Under the pieces are notes generated by a model. That model did no database searches. It was not told the origin of the DNA and saw only the letters and a list, made by a program, of their open reading frames with translations. This document shows, piece by piece, positions 36,001 to 45,610 of a DNA stretch of 64,000 nucleotides. The DNA comes from Eledone cirrhosa (lineage: Eukaryota): contig OZ024740.1 in the NCBI GenBank assembly GCA_964016885.1, forward strand, positions 435,860,001-435,924,000, read 5' to 3'. The first letter of the stretch is position 1, and every line of letters starts with the position of its first letter. The position numbers and the translations under genes were made by a program.

Positions 36001-39000
36001 TACACTACATACATGGTACCAGGGTAATGTCTACACTACATACAAGATACCAGGGTATTGTCTACACTACATACATCGTACCAGGGTAACGTCTACACTA
36101 CATACATGGTACCAGGGTAGTGTCTAAACTACATACGTGGTACCAGGGTAGTGTCTACACTGCATACATGGTACCAGGGTAATGTCTACACTACATACAT
36201 GGTACCAGGGTAATGTCCACACTACATACGTGGTACCAGGGTAGTGTCTACACTGCATACATGGTACCAGGGTAATGTCTACACTACATACATGGTACCA
36301 GGGTAATGTCCACACTACATACATGGTACCAGGGTAATGTCTCCACTACATACAAGGTACCAGGGTAATGTCTACACTACATACATGGTACCAGGGCAAT
36401 GTCTACACTACATACATGGTACCAGGGTAATGTCTACATTACATTACTGGTACCAGGGTAATGTCTACACTACATTAATGGTCCCAGGGTAATGTCTACA
36501 CTACATACATGGTACCAGGGTAATGTCTCCACTACATACAAGGTACCAGGGTAATGTCTACACTACATTACTGGTACCAGGGTAATGTCTAGACTACATA
36601 CATGGTACTAGGGTAGTGTCTACACTACATACATGGTACCAGGGTAATGTCTACACTACATTAATGGTATCAGGGTAATGTCTACACTACATACATGGTA
36701 CCAGGGTAGTGTCTACAGTACATACATGGTACCAGGGTAGTGCCTAAACTACATTAATGGTACCAGGGTAATGCCTACACTACATACATGGTACCAGGGT
36801 AGTGTCTACACTACATACATGGTACCAGGGTAATGTCTAGACTACATACATGGTACTAGGCTAGTGTCTACACTACATACATGGTACCAGGGTAATGTCT
36901 ACACTACATTAATGGTATCAGGGTAATGTCTACACTACATACATGGTACCAGGGTAGTGTCTACACTACATACATGGTACCAGGGTAGTGCCTAAACTAC
37001 ATTAATGGTACCAGGGTAATGTCTACACTACATACATGGTACCAGGGTAGTGCTACACTACATTAATGGTACACGGGTAGTGTCTACACTACATACATGG
37101 TACCAGGGTAGTGTCTACACTACATAATGATACAAGGTTAATGTCTACACTACATACATGGTACCAGGGTAGTGTCTACTCTACATTAATGGTACCAGGG
37201 TAGTGTCTACACTACATACATGGTACCAGGGTAGTGTGTACACTACTTATGATACAAGGTTAATGTCTACACTACATACATGGTACCAGGGTAGTGTCTA
37301 CACTACATACATGGTACCAGGGTAATGTCTACACTACATACATGGTACCAGGGTAGTGTCTACACTACATACATGGTACCAGGGTAATGTCTACACTACA
37401 TACATGGTACCAGGGTAGTGTCTACACTACATACATGGTACCAGGGTAGTGTCTACACTACATACATGGTACCAGGGTAGTGTCTACACTACATTAATGG
37501 TACCAGGGTAGTGTCTACACTACATTAATGGTACCAGGGTAATGTCTACACTACATACATGGTACCAGGGTAATGTCTACACTACATACATGGTACCAGG
37601 GTAGTGTCTACACTACATACATGGTACCAGGGTAATGTCTACACTACATTAATGGTACCAGGGTAATGTCTACACTACATACATGGTACCAGGGTAATGT
37701 CTACACTACATACATGGTACCAGGGTAATGTCTACACTACATTAATGGTACCAGGGTAATGTCTACACTACATACATGGTACCAGGGTAGTGTCTACACT
37801 ACATACATGGTACCAGGGTAGTGTCTACACTACATACATGGTACCAGGGTAGTGTCTACACTACATTAATGGTACCGGGGTAATGTCTACACTACATACA
37901 TGGTACCAGGGTAGTGTCTACACTACATACATGGTACCAGGGTAGAGTCTACACTACATTAATGGTACCGGGGTAATGTCTACACTACATCAATGGTACC
38001 AGGGTAGTGTCTCCACTACATACATGGTACCAGGGTAATGTCTACACTACATACATGGTACCAGGGTTGTGTCTACAGTACATACATGGTACCAGGGTAA
38101 TGTCTACACTACATACATGCTACCAGGGTAGTGTCCACACTACATACATGGTACCAGGGTAGTGTCTACACTACATACATGCTACCAGGGTAGTGTCCAC
38201 ACTACATACATGGTACCAGGGTAGTGTCTACACTACATACATGCTACCAGGGTAGTGTCTACACTACATACATGGTACCAGGGTAATGTCTACACTACAT
38301 TAATGGTACCAGGATAATTTCTACACTACATACATGGTACCAGGGTAATGTCTACACTACATACATGGTACCAGGGTAATGTCTACACTACATACATGGT
38401 ACCAGGGTAGTGGCTACACTACATACATGTTACCAGTGTAGTGGCTACACTACATTAATGGTACCAGGGTAATGTCTACACTACATACATGGTACCAGGG
38501 TAGTGTCTACACTACATACATGGTACCAGGGTAATGTCTACACTACATTAATGGTACCAGGGTAATGTCTACACTACATACATGGTACCAGGGTAGTGTC
38601 TACACTACATACATGGTACCAGGGTAATGTCTACACTAGATTAATGGTACCAGGGTAATGTCTACACTAGATTAATGGTACCAGGATAGTGTCTACACTA
38701 CATACATGGTACCAGGGTAGTGTCTACACTACATACATGGTACCAGGGTAGTGTCTACACTACATTAATGGTACCAGGGAAATGTCTACACTACACACAT
38801 TGTACCAGGGTAATGTCTACACTACATACATGGTACCAGGGTAGTGTCTACACTACATAAATGGTACCAGGGTAGTGTCTACACTACATACATGGTACCA
38901 GGGTAATGTCTACACTACATACATGGTACCAGGGTAATGTCTACACTAGATTAATGGTACCAGGGTAATGTCTACACTAGATTAATGGTACCAGGGTAAT

Positions 39001-39836
39001 GTCTACACTAGATTAATGGTACCAGGGTAATGTCTACACTAGATTAATGGTACCAGGATAGTGTCTACACTACATACATGGTACCAGGGTAGTGTCTACA
39101 CTACATACATGGTACCAGGGTAGTGTGTACACTACATTAATGGTACCAGGGAAATGTCTACACTACACACATTGTACCAGGGTAATATCTACACTACATA
39201 CATGGTACCAGGGTAGTGTCTACACTACATAAATGGTACCAGGGTAGTGTCTACACTACATACATGGTACCAGGGTAATGTCTACACTAGATTAATGGTA
39301 CCAGGGTAATGTCTACACTAGATTAATGGTACCAGGGTAATGTCTACACTAGATTAATGGTACCAGGGTAATGTCTACACTAGATTAATGGTACCAGGAT
39401 AGTGTCTACACTACATACATGGTACCAGGGTAGTGTCTACACTACATACATGGTACCAGGGTAGTGTCTACACTACATTAATGGTACCAGGGAAATGTCT
39501 ACACTACACACATTGTACCAGGGTAATGTCTACACTACATACATGGTACCAGGGTAGTCTCTACACTATATAAATGGTACCAGGGTAGTGTCTACACTAC
39601 ATACATGGTACCAGGGTAATGTCTACACTAGATTAATGGTACCAGCGTACTGTCTACACTACATACATGGTACCAGGGTACTGTCTACACTACATTCATG
39701 GTAGCAGGGTAGTGTCTACACTACATACATGGTACCAGGGTAGTGTCTACACTACATACAAGGTACCAGGGTAGTGTCTACACTACATACATGGTACCAG
39801 GGTAGTGTCTACACTACATACATGGTAATGTCTACA
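1..39836. repeat. 31-bp tandem satellite, consensus ATGGTACCAGGGTA(G/A)TGTCTACACTACATAC, roughly 1,300 copies, running off the left edge
   Basis: Continuous head-to-tail 31-bp periodicity from base 1 to ...CATGGTAATGTCTACA at ~39836, followed abruptly by AT-rich unique sequence. Shorter deletion monomers (e.g. 23 bp) are interspersed. Copy number is estimated as length/31. Confidence 0.99.
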
Positions 39837-39962
39837 TAAACGGAAAATATTCACAGAAAAAATTTACTTTAAAAAATTTAATTTCATTTAAATGTTCTAA
39901 GTAATAATATTATCCAACAAATATTTAAAAACTGATTAGACACAATTTGTAAATAACACATT

Positions 39963-40000
39963 CATAGGTATATATATAATGTTGGTGTATATATACATAG
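39963..40000. repeat. Isolated degenerate copy of the 39-bp minisatellite unit
   Basis: CATAGGTATATATATAATGTTGGTGTATATATACATAG matches the 40291-41267 unit apart from a shortened (CATA) tract. Confidence 0.85.
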
Positions 40001-40003
40001 TCC

Positions 40004-40241
40004 TGTAGCGACTGGCGCCACCTTGCCCGGGGAGAAAAAACTAATTGGAGTTCCCGTTGAATTCTAGAAGATTCCTTGAACTTCCGGTAAAAGGATAAAG
40101 AGGGAACGCAAATGAAGCTCTCTCTTGGCGACCGGCTCTCGGACAGTTCACTCACGAGGAGCGACTTTGTTAACCTTAAATTACTGGTTGGCCTGCAGTG
40201 GCGTTTACCAAAGTAAATAACCCTGTGACCAATCCACTAAA
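40004..40241 (+). mobile_element. Putative LTR (~238 bp) of a Ty3/Gypsy-type retrotransposon
   Basis: GC-richer island starting TGTAGCG and ending CACTAAA, an imperfect TGTAG...CTACA inverted terminus. It has a poly(A)-signal-like AGTAAATAA near 40212 and a PBS one base after its end. Confidence 0.6.
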
Positions 40242-40242
40242 G

Positions 40243-40259
40243 TGGTGACCCGACTTGAT
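40243..40259 (+). promoter_or_regulatory. Primer-binding site complementary to the tRNA-Trp 3' end
   Basis: TGGTGACCCGACTTGAT versus TGGTGACCCCGACGTGAT, the recalled complement of the animal tRNA-Trp 3' end: one deletion and one mismatch. Confidence 0.7.
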
Positions 40260-40290
40260 CGACGCGGGCTGATCACCCGCGCCTACCTGT

Positions 40291-41267
40291 ATATAATATT
40301 GGTGTATATATACATAGGTATATACATACATATAATGTTGGTGTATATATACATAGGTACATACATACATATAATATTGGTGTATATATACATAGGTATA
40401 TACATACATATAATGTTGGTGTATATATACATAGGTATATACATACATATAATATTGGTGTATATATACATAGGTATATACATACATATAATGTTGGTGT
40501 ATATATACATAGGTATATACATACATATAATATTGGTGTATATATACATAGGTATATACATACATATAATGTTGGTGTATATATACATAGGTATATACAT
40601 ACATATAATGTTGGTGTATATATACATAGGTATATACATACATATAATGTTGGTGTATATATACATAGGTATATACATACATATAATGTTGGTGTATATA
40701 TACATAGGTACATACATACATATAATGTTGGTGTATATATACATAGGTATATACATACATATAATGTTGGTGTATATATACATAGGTATATACATACATA
40801 TAATGTTGGTGTATATATACATAGGTATATACATACATATAATGTTGGTGTATATATACATAGGTACATACATACATATAATGTTGGTGTATATATACAT
40901 AGGTATATACATACATATAATGTTGGTGTATATATACATAGGTACATACATACATATAATGTTGGTGTATATATACATAGGTACATACATACATATAATG
41001 TTGGTGTATATATACATAGGTATATACATACATATAATGTTGGTGTATATATACATAGGTATATACATACATATAATGTTGGTGTATATATACATAGGTA
41101 CATACATACATATAATGTTGGTGTATATATACATAGGTATATACATACATATAATGTTGGTGTATATATACATAGGTACATACATACATATAATGTTGGT
41201 GTATATATACATAGGTACATACATACATATAATGTTGGTGTATATATACATAGGTATATACATACAT
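40291..41267. repeat. 39-bp minisatellite ATATAAT(G/A)TTGGTGTATATATACATAGGTA(T/C)ATACATAC, ~25 copies
   Basis: Near-perfect tandem units with only two variable positions. Confidence 0.98.
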
Positions 41268-41286
41268 ACAGTCCTATATATAATTG

Positions 41287-41462
41287 TTTCTACTTTTGGC
41301 ACAAGGCCAGCAATATCCAGTGTATTACTGGTACTTTATTTTATCAACCCTGTAAGGATGAAAGGCAAAGTTAACCTCGGCGGGATTTGAACTCAGATCG
41401 TAAAGCGGCGTAACTCTATGCTTCAAAACATGGTGTCCGACTCTCTACCGATACTGCCAGTT
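41287..41462 (-). mobile_element. tRNA-derived SINE, degenerate
   Basis: Minus strand carries an A-box-like TGGCAGTATCGG (41459-41448) and a B-box GTTCAAATCC (41392-41383). These are followed by GCCTTTCATCCTT...GATAAA...AGTACCAG, which resembles the conserved central domain of Nin/Deu-type and octopus SINEs as I recall them. The 3' end is GGCCTTGTGCCAAAAGTAGAAA. Confidence 0.85.
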
Positions 41463-41762
41463 GGTGTATATATGTGTATGTAGCATGTGTCCTCCAGGTT
41501 CAGTTGTGGTAACCACAATTAGTAAGGAACTCAATACTTTAGTAGGATGTAAACATAGAAATGGCTTTTACAGAACTAGAACTGTTTCATTCAAAAGAAA
41601 TCAAGAAAACCAAGTCCTTGTAAGACTTGTATATATCGAGGTGTGTAATAACATATTTTCCTTGTATCTTATCAGAATTAATGTATTGCTACAGTCTCAT
41701 GTAAAATGTTTTCCGGTGTATCTGTGTTTAAATCTAACCTGAATGAACTTTGCCTTTATTTC

Positions 41763-41793
41763 AGCTATCTACCTCTCTATCTATCTACCTTTA
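41763..41793. repeat. (TATC/TACC)-type microsatellite, left part, containing the 5' target-site duplication of LINE copy 1
   Basis: AGCTATCTACCTCTCTATCTATCTACCTTTA. The 16-mer TATCTATCTACCTTTA at 41778-41793 recurs at 42756-42771. Confidence 0.85.
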
Positions 41794-42755
41794 GGAAAAT
41801 GGGTGACTGGCATATCGAATGTGCTCAGGCGCTCACAGTCCTCTGGCAAACGGACCCGGCGATCAGTGGAGACTCCACTTCGACATTCTATAGAGGGTTG
41901 GTCCGCAGAAAGTACGACGACGCACTTGGAGAAACTCTAGGCGTAGAGCAGGACGAACTGGCCAGTCTGTTCGGTAGGACCTTCCGCCCGGGACCAATGG
42001 ACAACTTCCAAAAGTCCTTGGCCTGGCAGTGCTACCGAGGAGTTCTACCAGTTCGAGACAAGCTCTACAGACACGGGCGCCCGGGTAGGGACCCTTCGAA
42101 AAAGATCTGTCCGAGATGCGTGCGCGACGAGGAAACCGTCGCACACGCATTTGTACACTGCCGACGTTACCAACCTGTGGGGCTATGTAGAACGACTATT
42201 GTCGCGGGTGGGACCAATCCAGTTGACCACCGAGTCCATTGTCATGATCAAACCGCCACCCTCCTTCAAAAACGAGGGAGAGGCGGTTTTCCTCTGTGTT
42301 ATAGCTATGGTGAAAGAGGTTATATGGTGGACGAGGTTAAAAGGGCTGAGGTCAGACACCTTTCTCTCCGGCGAGCAACTGATTCGTTTTTTCAAATATC
42401 ATTTTGGAAGAAGTATCAGGATGGAGAGAGAGGTGCTGTACCCCAGCAAATTTTATAAAAAGTGGGTGAATATGGCAAGAATGGCCCGAGTGGTTGGGCC
42501 TTCTCTCTATATAAGCCTGTAGGTTGAGGAAAAAGAGGAAGAGAGGAAGGGAGTACTCACTCTTGGTGCTCCTGGAGATGAGGGTTGTACATTTTTTCGG
42601 GGTGTGTACAACCCCTGTGTAACACCTCCCCCCTATTGGGGATTTCAATTGTTATTTGTTGTTTTATTAATAGTTTTATTTTCATATACCTGTATGTAAA
42701 CTCCCCATTTGTATTTGTCCCCTTCTTTTGTGCCCTTGTGGCTAATAAAGAAATT
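41793..42755 (+). mobile_element. 5'-truncated non-LTR retrotransposon (L1/Tx1-like), copy 1: ORF2 C-terminus plus 3' UTR
   Basis: Encodes ...LPVRDKLYRH...CPRCVRDEETVAHAFVHC (CX2CX8HX4C zinc knuckle). Frameshift near 42162 relative to copy 2, stop at 42520-42522, AATAAA at 42744, flanked by a 16-bp direct repeat. About 95% identical by eye to 43939-44903. Confidence 0.93.
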
Positions 42756-42880
42756 TATCTATCTACCTTTATATCTACCTACCTCTCTATCTATCTACCT
42801 CTATATCTACCTACCTATCTAGCTATCTACCTCTCTATCTAGCTATCTACCTCTCTATCTAACTCTATATCTTCCTACCT
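42756..42880. repeat. Degenerate (TATC/TACC/TC) microsatellite between the two LINE copies
   Basis: TATCTATCTACC-type repeats, including AGCTATCTACCTCTCTATCT at 42821 and a near copy at 42841. The same motif occurs at 41763. Confidence 0.9.
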
Positions 42881-44670
42881 GAAGGGCAGACATGCGCAAT
42901 CCCGACCAGGTCCATACACGACAAACTCCACCTCATGCGATACATCATAGAGAGGGTAGAGTGTAAACCCGGCTTTGGTGGGGCCCTGATCAACTTGGAT
43001 CAGTCTAAGGCTTTCGATAGGGTTGACCATCGTTACCTGGATGCGGTGCTCGAGGCGGCAGGCTTCGGACCCGTGTTCAGGGGCTGGATTGCTGCAATGC
43101 ACAACAGCAACATCTGCTCAAGGGTCAAGGTGAATGGCTACCTCTCGGGGCCGTTCCATATGACGCGATCCATCCGACAGGGATGCCCTCTCCCCTCCCT
43201 TCTGTCCGTACTGACTCTCAAGCCACTACTGCGGAAGTTGGAGTTATTGCAGGGCATCCCTCTGGAACCGGGACTGCGGAAAGCGGCGTTGGCCTAGGCC
43301 GACGACATAACAGTAATGGTGTCGAGCGCCTCACAAATCGAGGAAGTCGGCACCTTACTGAAGGAATACGAAAGTTTCACAGGAGCGAAGCTGAACCGGG
43401 ACAAGTCCATCAGTTTGCAACTCGGAACGTGGAGAGGCAAAGCGATGCCTTCCGATGGCGTCGTTGGACGGAAGGACCGGTAAAGCTGCTCGGGGTCTGG
43501 TTTGGTCCGGACCTCCAGGTGAAGAAGAACTGGAACGAGGTGACGGCCAAGGTGTTTGCGCTCACCCAGAAGTGGGCCGAGTGCAAACTATCCTTGAAAG
43601 GTCGAGCGGAGGTGGCGAACACTTTTATAACAACCGTCATCTACTACCGCTTGACCGTCGTGCCTTGTCCAGCCAAAACGCTCACCAAAATGGAGTGCGT
43701 GCTCTTCCAATTCCTTTGGAAGAAGCGGGCTCCTTTGGTGAGGAGATCCATCTGCTGCCAACACCCTTCAAACGGAGGGCTGGGGATGCCGTGGCTGACG
43801 ATGCGCAAACACGCGCTCAGGCTGCGGCACCTCCACGTATTCCTCACCAGACAACCGGTGTGGGGTCCGTTCGTGAGGCGAGCCTTCCCACGACTCGTCT
43901 CGCTGACCGAGCTGCAGTCCTGGGTCAAGCAAAGACCGAGGAAAATGGGCGACTGGCACATCGAATGTGCTCAGGCGCTCACAGTCCTCTGGCAAACGGA
44001 CCCGGCGATCAGTGGAGTCTGCAGTTCGACATTCTATAGAGGGTTGGTCCACAGCAAGTGGGACGACACGCTCGGAGAAACTCTAGGCGTAAAGGAGGAC
44101 GAACTGGCCAGTCTGTTCGGTAGGACCTTCCGCTCGGGACCAATCGACAACTTCTAAAAGTCCCTGGTCTGGTAGTGCTACCGAGGAGTTCTACCAGTTC
44201 GAGACAAGCTCTACAGACACGGGCGCCTGGGCAGAGACCCTTCGAAAAAGATCTGTCCGAGATGCGTGCGCAACGAGGAAATCGTCGCACACGCATTTGT
44301 ACACTGCCCGGGCGTTACCGACCTGTGGGGCTATGTAGAACGACTATTGTCGCGGGTGGGACCAATCCAGTTGACCACCGAGTCCATTGTCATGATCAAA
44401 CCGCCACCCTCCTTCAAAAACTAGAGAGAGGCGGTTTTCCTATGTGTTATGGCTATGGTGAAAGAGGTTATATGGTGGACGAGGTTAAAAGGGCTGAGGT
44501 CAGACACCTTTCTCTCCGGCGAGCAACTGATTCGTTTTTTCAAATATCATTTTGGAAGAAGAATCAGGATGGAGAGAGAGGTGCTGTACCCCAGCAAATT
44601 TTATAAAAGGTGGGTGAATGTGGCAAAGATGGCCCGAGTGGTTGGGCCTTCTCTCTATATAAGCCTGTAG
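42881..44670 (+). pseudogene. Disrupted LINE ORF2 (reverse transcriptase plus zinc knuckle)
   Basis: Motifs QTCAIPTRSIHD, LDQSKAFDRVDH, RQGCPL, A*ADDIT (YADD with Tyr changed to TAG at 43295-43297), GAKLNRDKS, LLGVWFG, GGLGMP and CPRC-x8-H-x4-C. Frameshift near 43465. Further in-frame stops at 44155, 44173 and 44422 where copy 1 has sense codons. Confidence 0.93.
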
Positions 44671-44903
44671 GTTGAGGAAAAAGAGGAAGAGAGGAAAAGA
44701 GTACTCACTCTTGGTGCTCCTGGAGATGAGGGTTGTACATTTTTTCGGGGTGTGTACAACCCCTGTGTAACACCTCCCCCCTATTGGGGATTTCAATTGT
44801 TATTTGCTATTGTATTAATAGTTTTATTTATATATACCTGCATGTAAACTCCCCATTTGTATTTGTCCCCTACTTTTGTGCCCTAGTGGCTCATAAAGAA
44901 ATT
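42881..44903 (+). mobile_element. 5'-truncated non-LTR retrotransposon (L1/Tx1-like), copy 2
   Basis: GC-rich 2-kb segment with a partial RT domain, a C-terminal zinc knuckle and the same 3' UTR as copy 1. It ends CATAAAGAAATT and is followed by TATCTATCTAC. Confidence 0.95.
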
Positions 44904-44962
44904 TATCTATCTACATCTATGCCTCTATCTACCTACATCTATCTCTATCTCTTTCTCTCTCT
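44904..44962. repeat. (TATC)/(TC) microsatellite, right part
   Basis: TATCTATCTACATCTATGCCTCTATCTACCTACATCTATCTCTATCTCTTTCTCTCT. Confidence 0.85.
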
Positions 44963-45109
44963 ACTTTCACAACACACTTTACAATTTTATATCCAAGCAT
45001 ATCAGCTGATAAGGTTAGAAATGTTTATTGCAAATATATATAGTACAAACAATATGTGGATAATTTACGTCTTGATGTGGTAGTTAAGTATATTTTATGT
45101 TGATACCAT

Positions 45110-45610
45110 TATTTGTATAGGTAAGTATACCTTACCCGTATGTTTTGTGGAGGTACGTATACTTTCTCCTACGTATATATGCTTGTATTTGTTATAGGTG
45201 TATATATTATATATACTGGTATATGTGTATATGGTTATGTCTATTTCGTGTATTTCGTGTTTGTGCGTGTATATTTGTATGTGTGTATGCACGTATGTAA
45301 GGTGTGTATATGTGGACATTGGGTTATGGTGTATGTACGTTTGGTGAACATATGTGAATTTACCTGTAGGTATGTATGTGTGTGCGTTATATATGTATTT
45401 ATGTATGTATATTTATATACGTTTATATAATTATATGTATATACACACACACACGTATATTTATATGTGTATTTGGTGTATACGTTCGTATGTGTGTGGG
45501 TATATGTGTCGCATCGGTTTACGTATGTGTACGCGTGTTTGTGTACGTGCATGTATATGCATACATAGCATGTATATGTACATATATAGTTGTGTGTATG
45601 TATATATTTA
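45110..45610. repeat. Old degenerate (TA/TG/TATG)n low-complexity tract
   Basis: Alternating purine-pyrimidine TATG/TGTA/TACG motifs with a short (AC)n run at ~45443. No stable longer period. Confidence 0.8.

Noticed and set aside
10045-36324. Short ORFs within the 31-bp satellite
   Set aside because: Chance loss of stop codons in variant monomers. The frame rotates every unit.
1-39836. CRISPR-like array (31-bp palindromic repeat)
   Set aside because: No unique spacers, no cas genes and a eukaryotic context. It is a pure head-to-tail satellite.
40291-41267. Homology between the 39-bp and 31-bp repeats (shared GGTAC and TACATAC)
   Set aside because: Only short low-complexity words are shared, with no colinear alignment.
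40176-41390. Four overlapping 315-382 aa Tyr/Ile-rich ORFs on both strands
   Set aside because: Artefact of a 39-bp (13-codon) minisatellite open in several frames at once.
41461-41742. 93-aa ORF or possible extra exon (CCTCCAG acceptor-like site at ~41497, GTAAGA at ~41620)
   Set aside because: Weak polypyrimidine tract, no recognisable protein similarity, and no clear phase compatibility with the EVI5-like exon. It cannot be supported without RNA data.
41863-44796. Minus-strand and alternative-frame ORFs over the LINE copies
   Set aside because: Shadows of GC-rich ORF2. Only the + strand frames carry RT and zinc-knuckle motifs.
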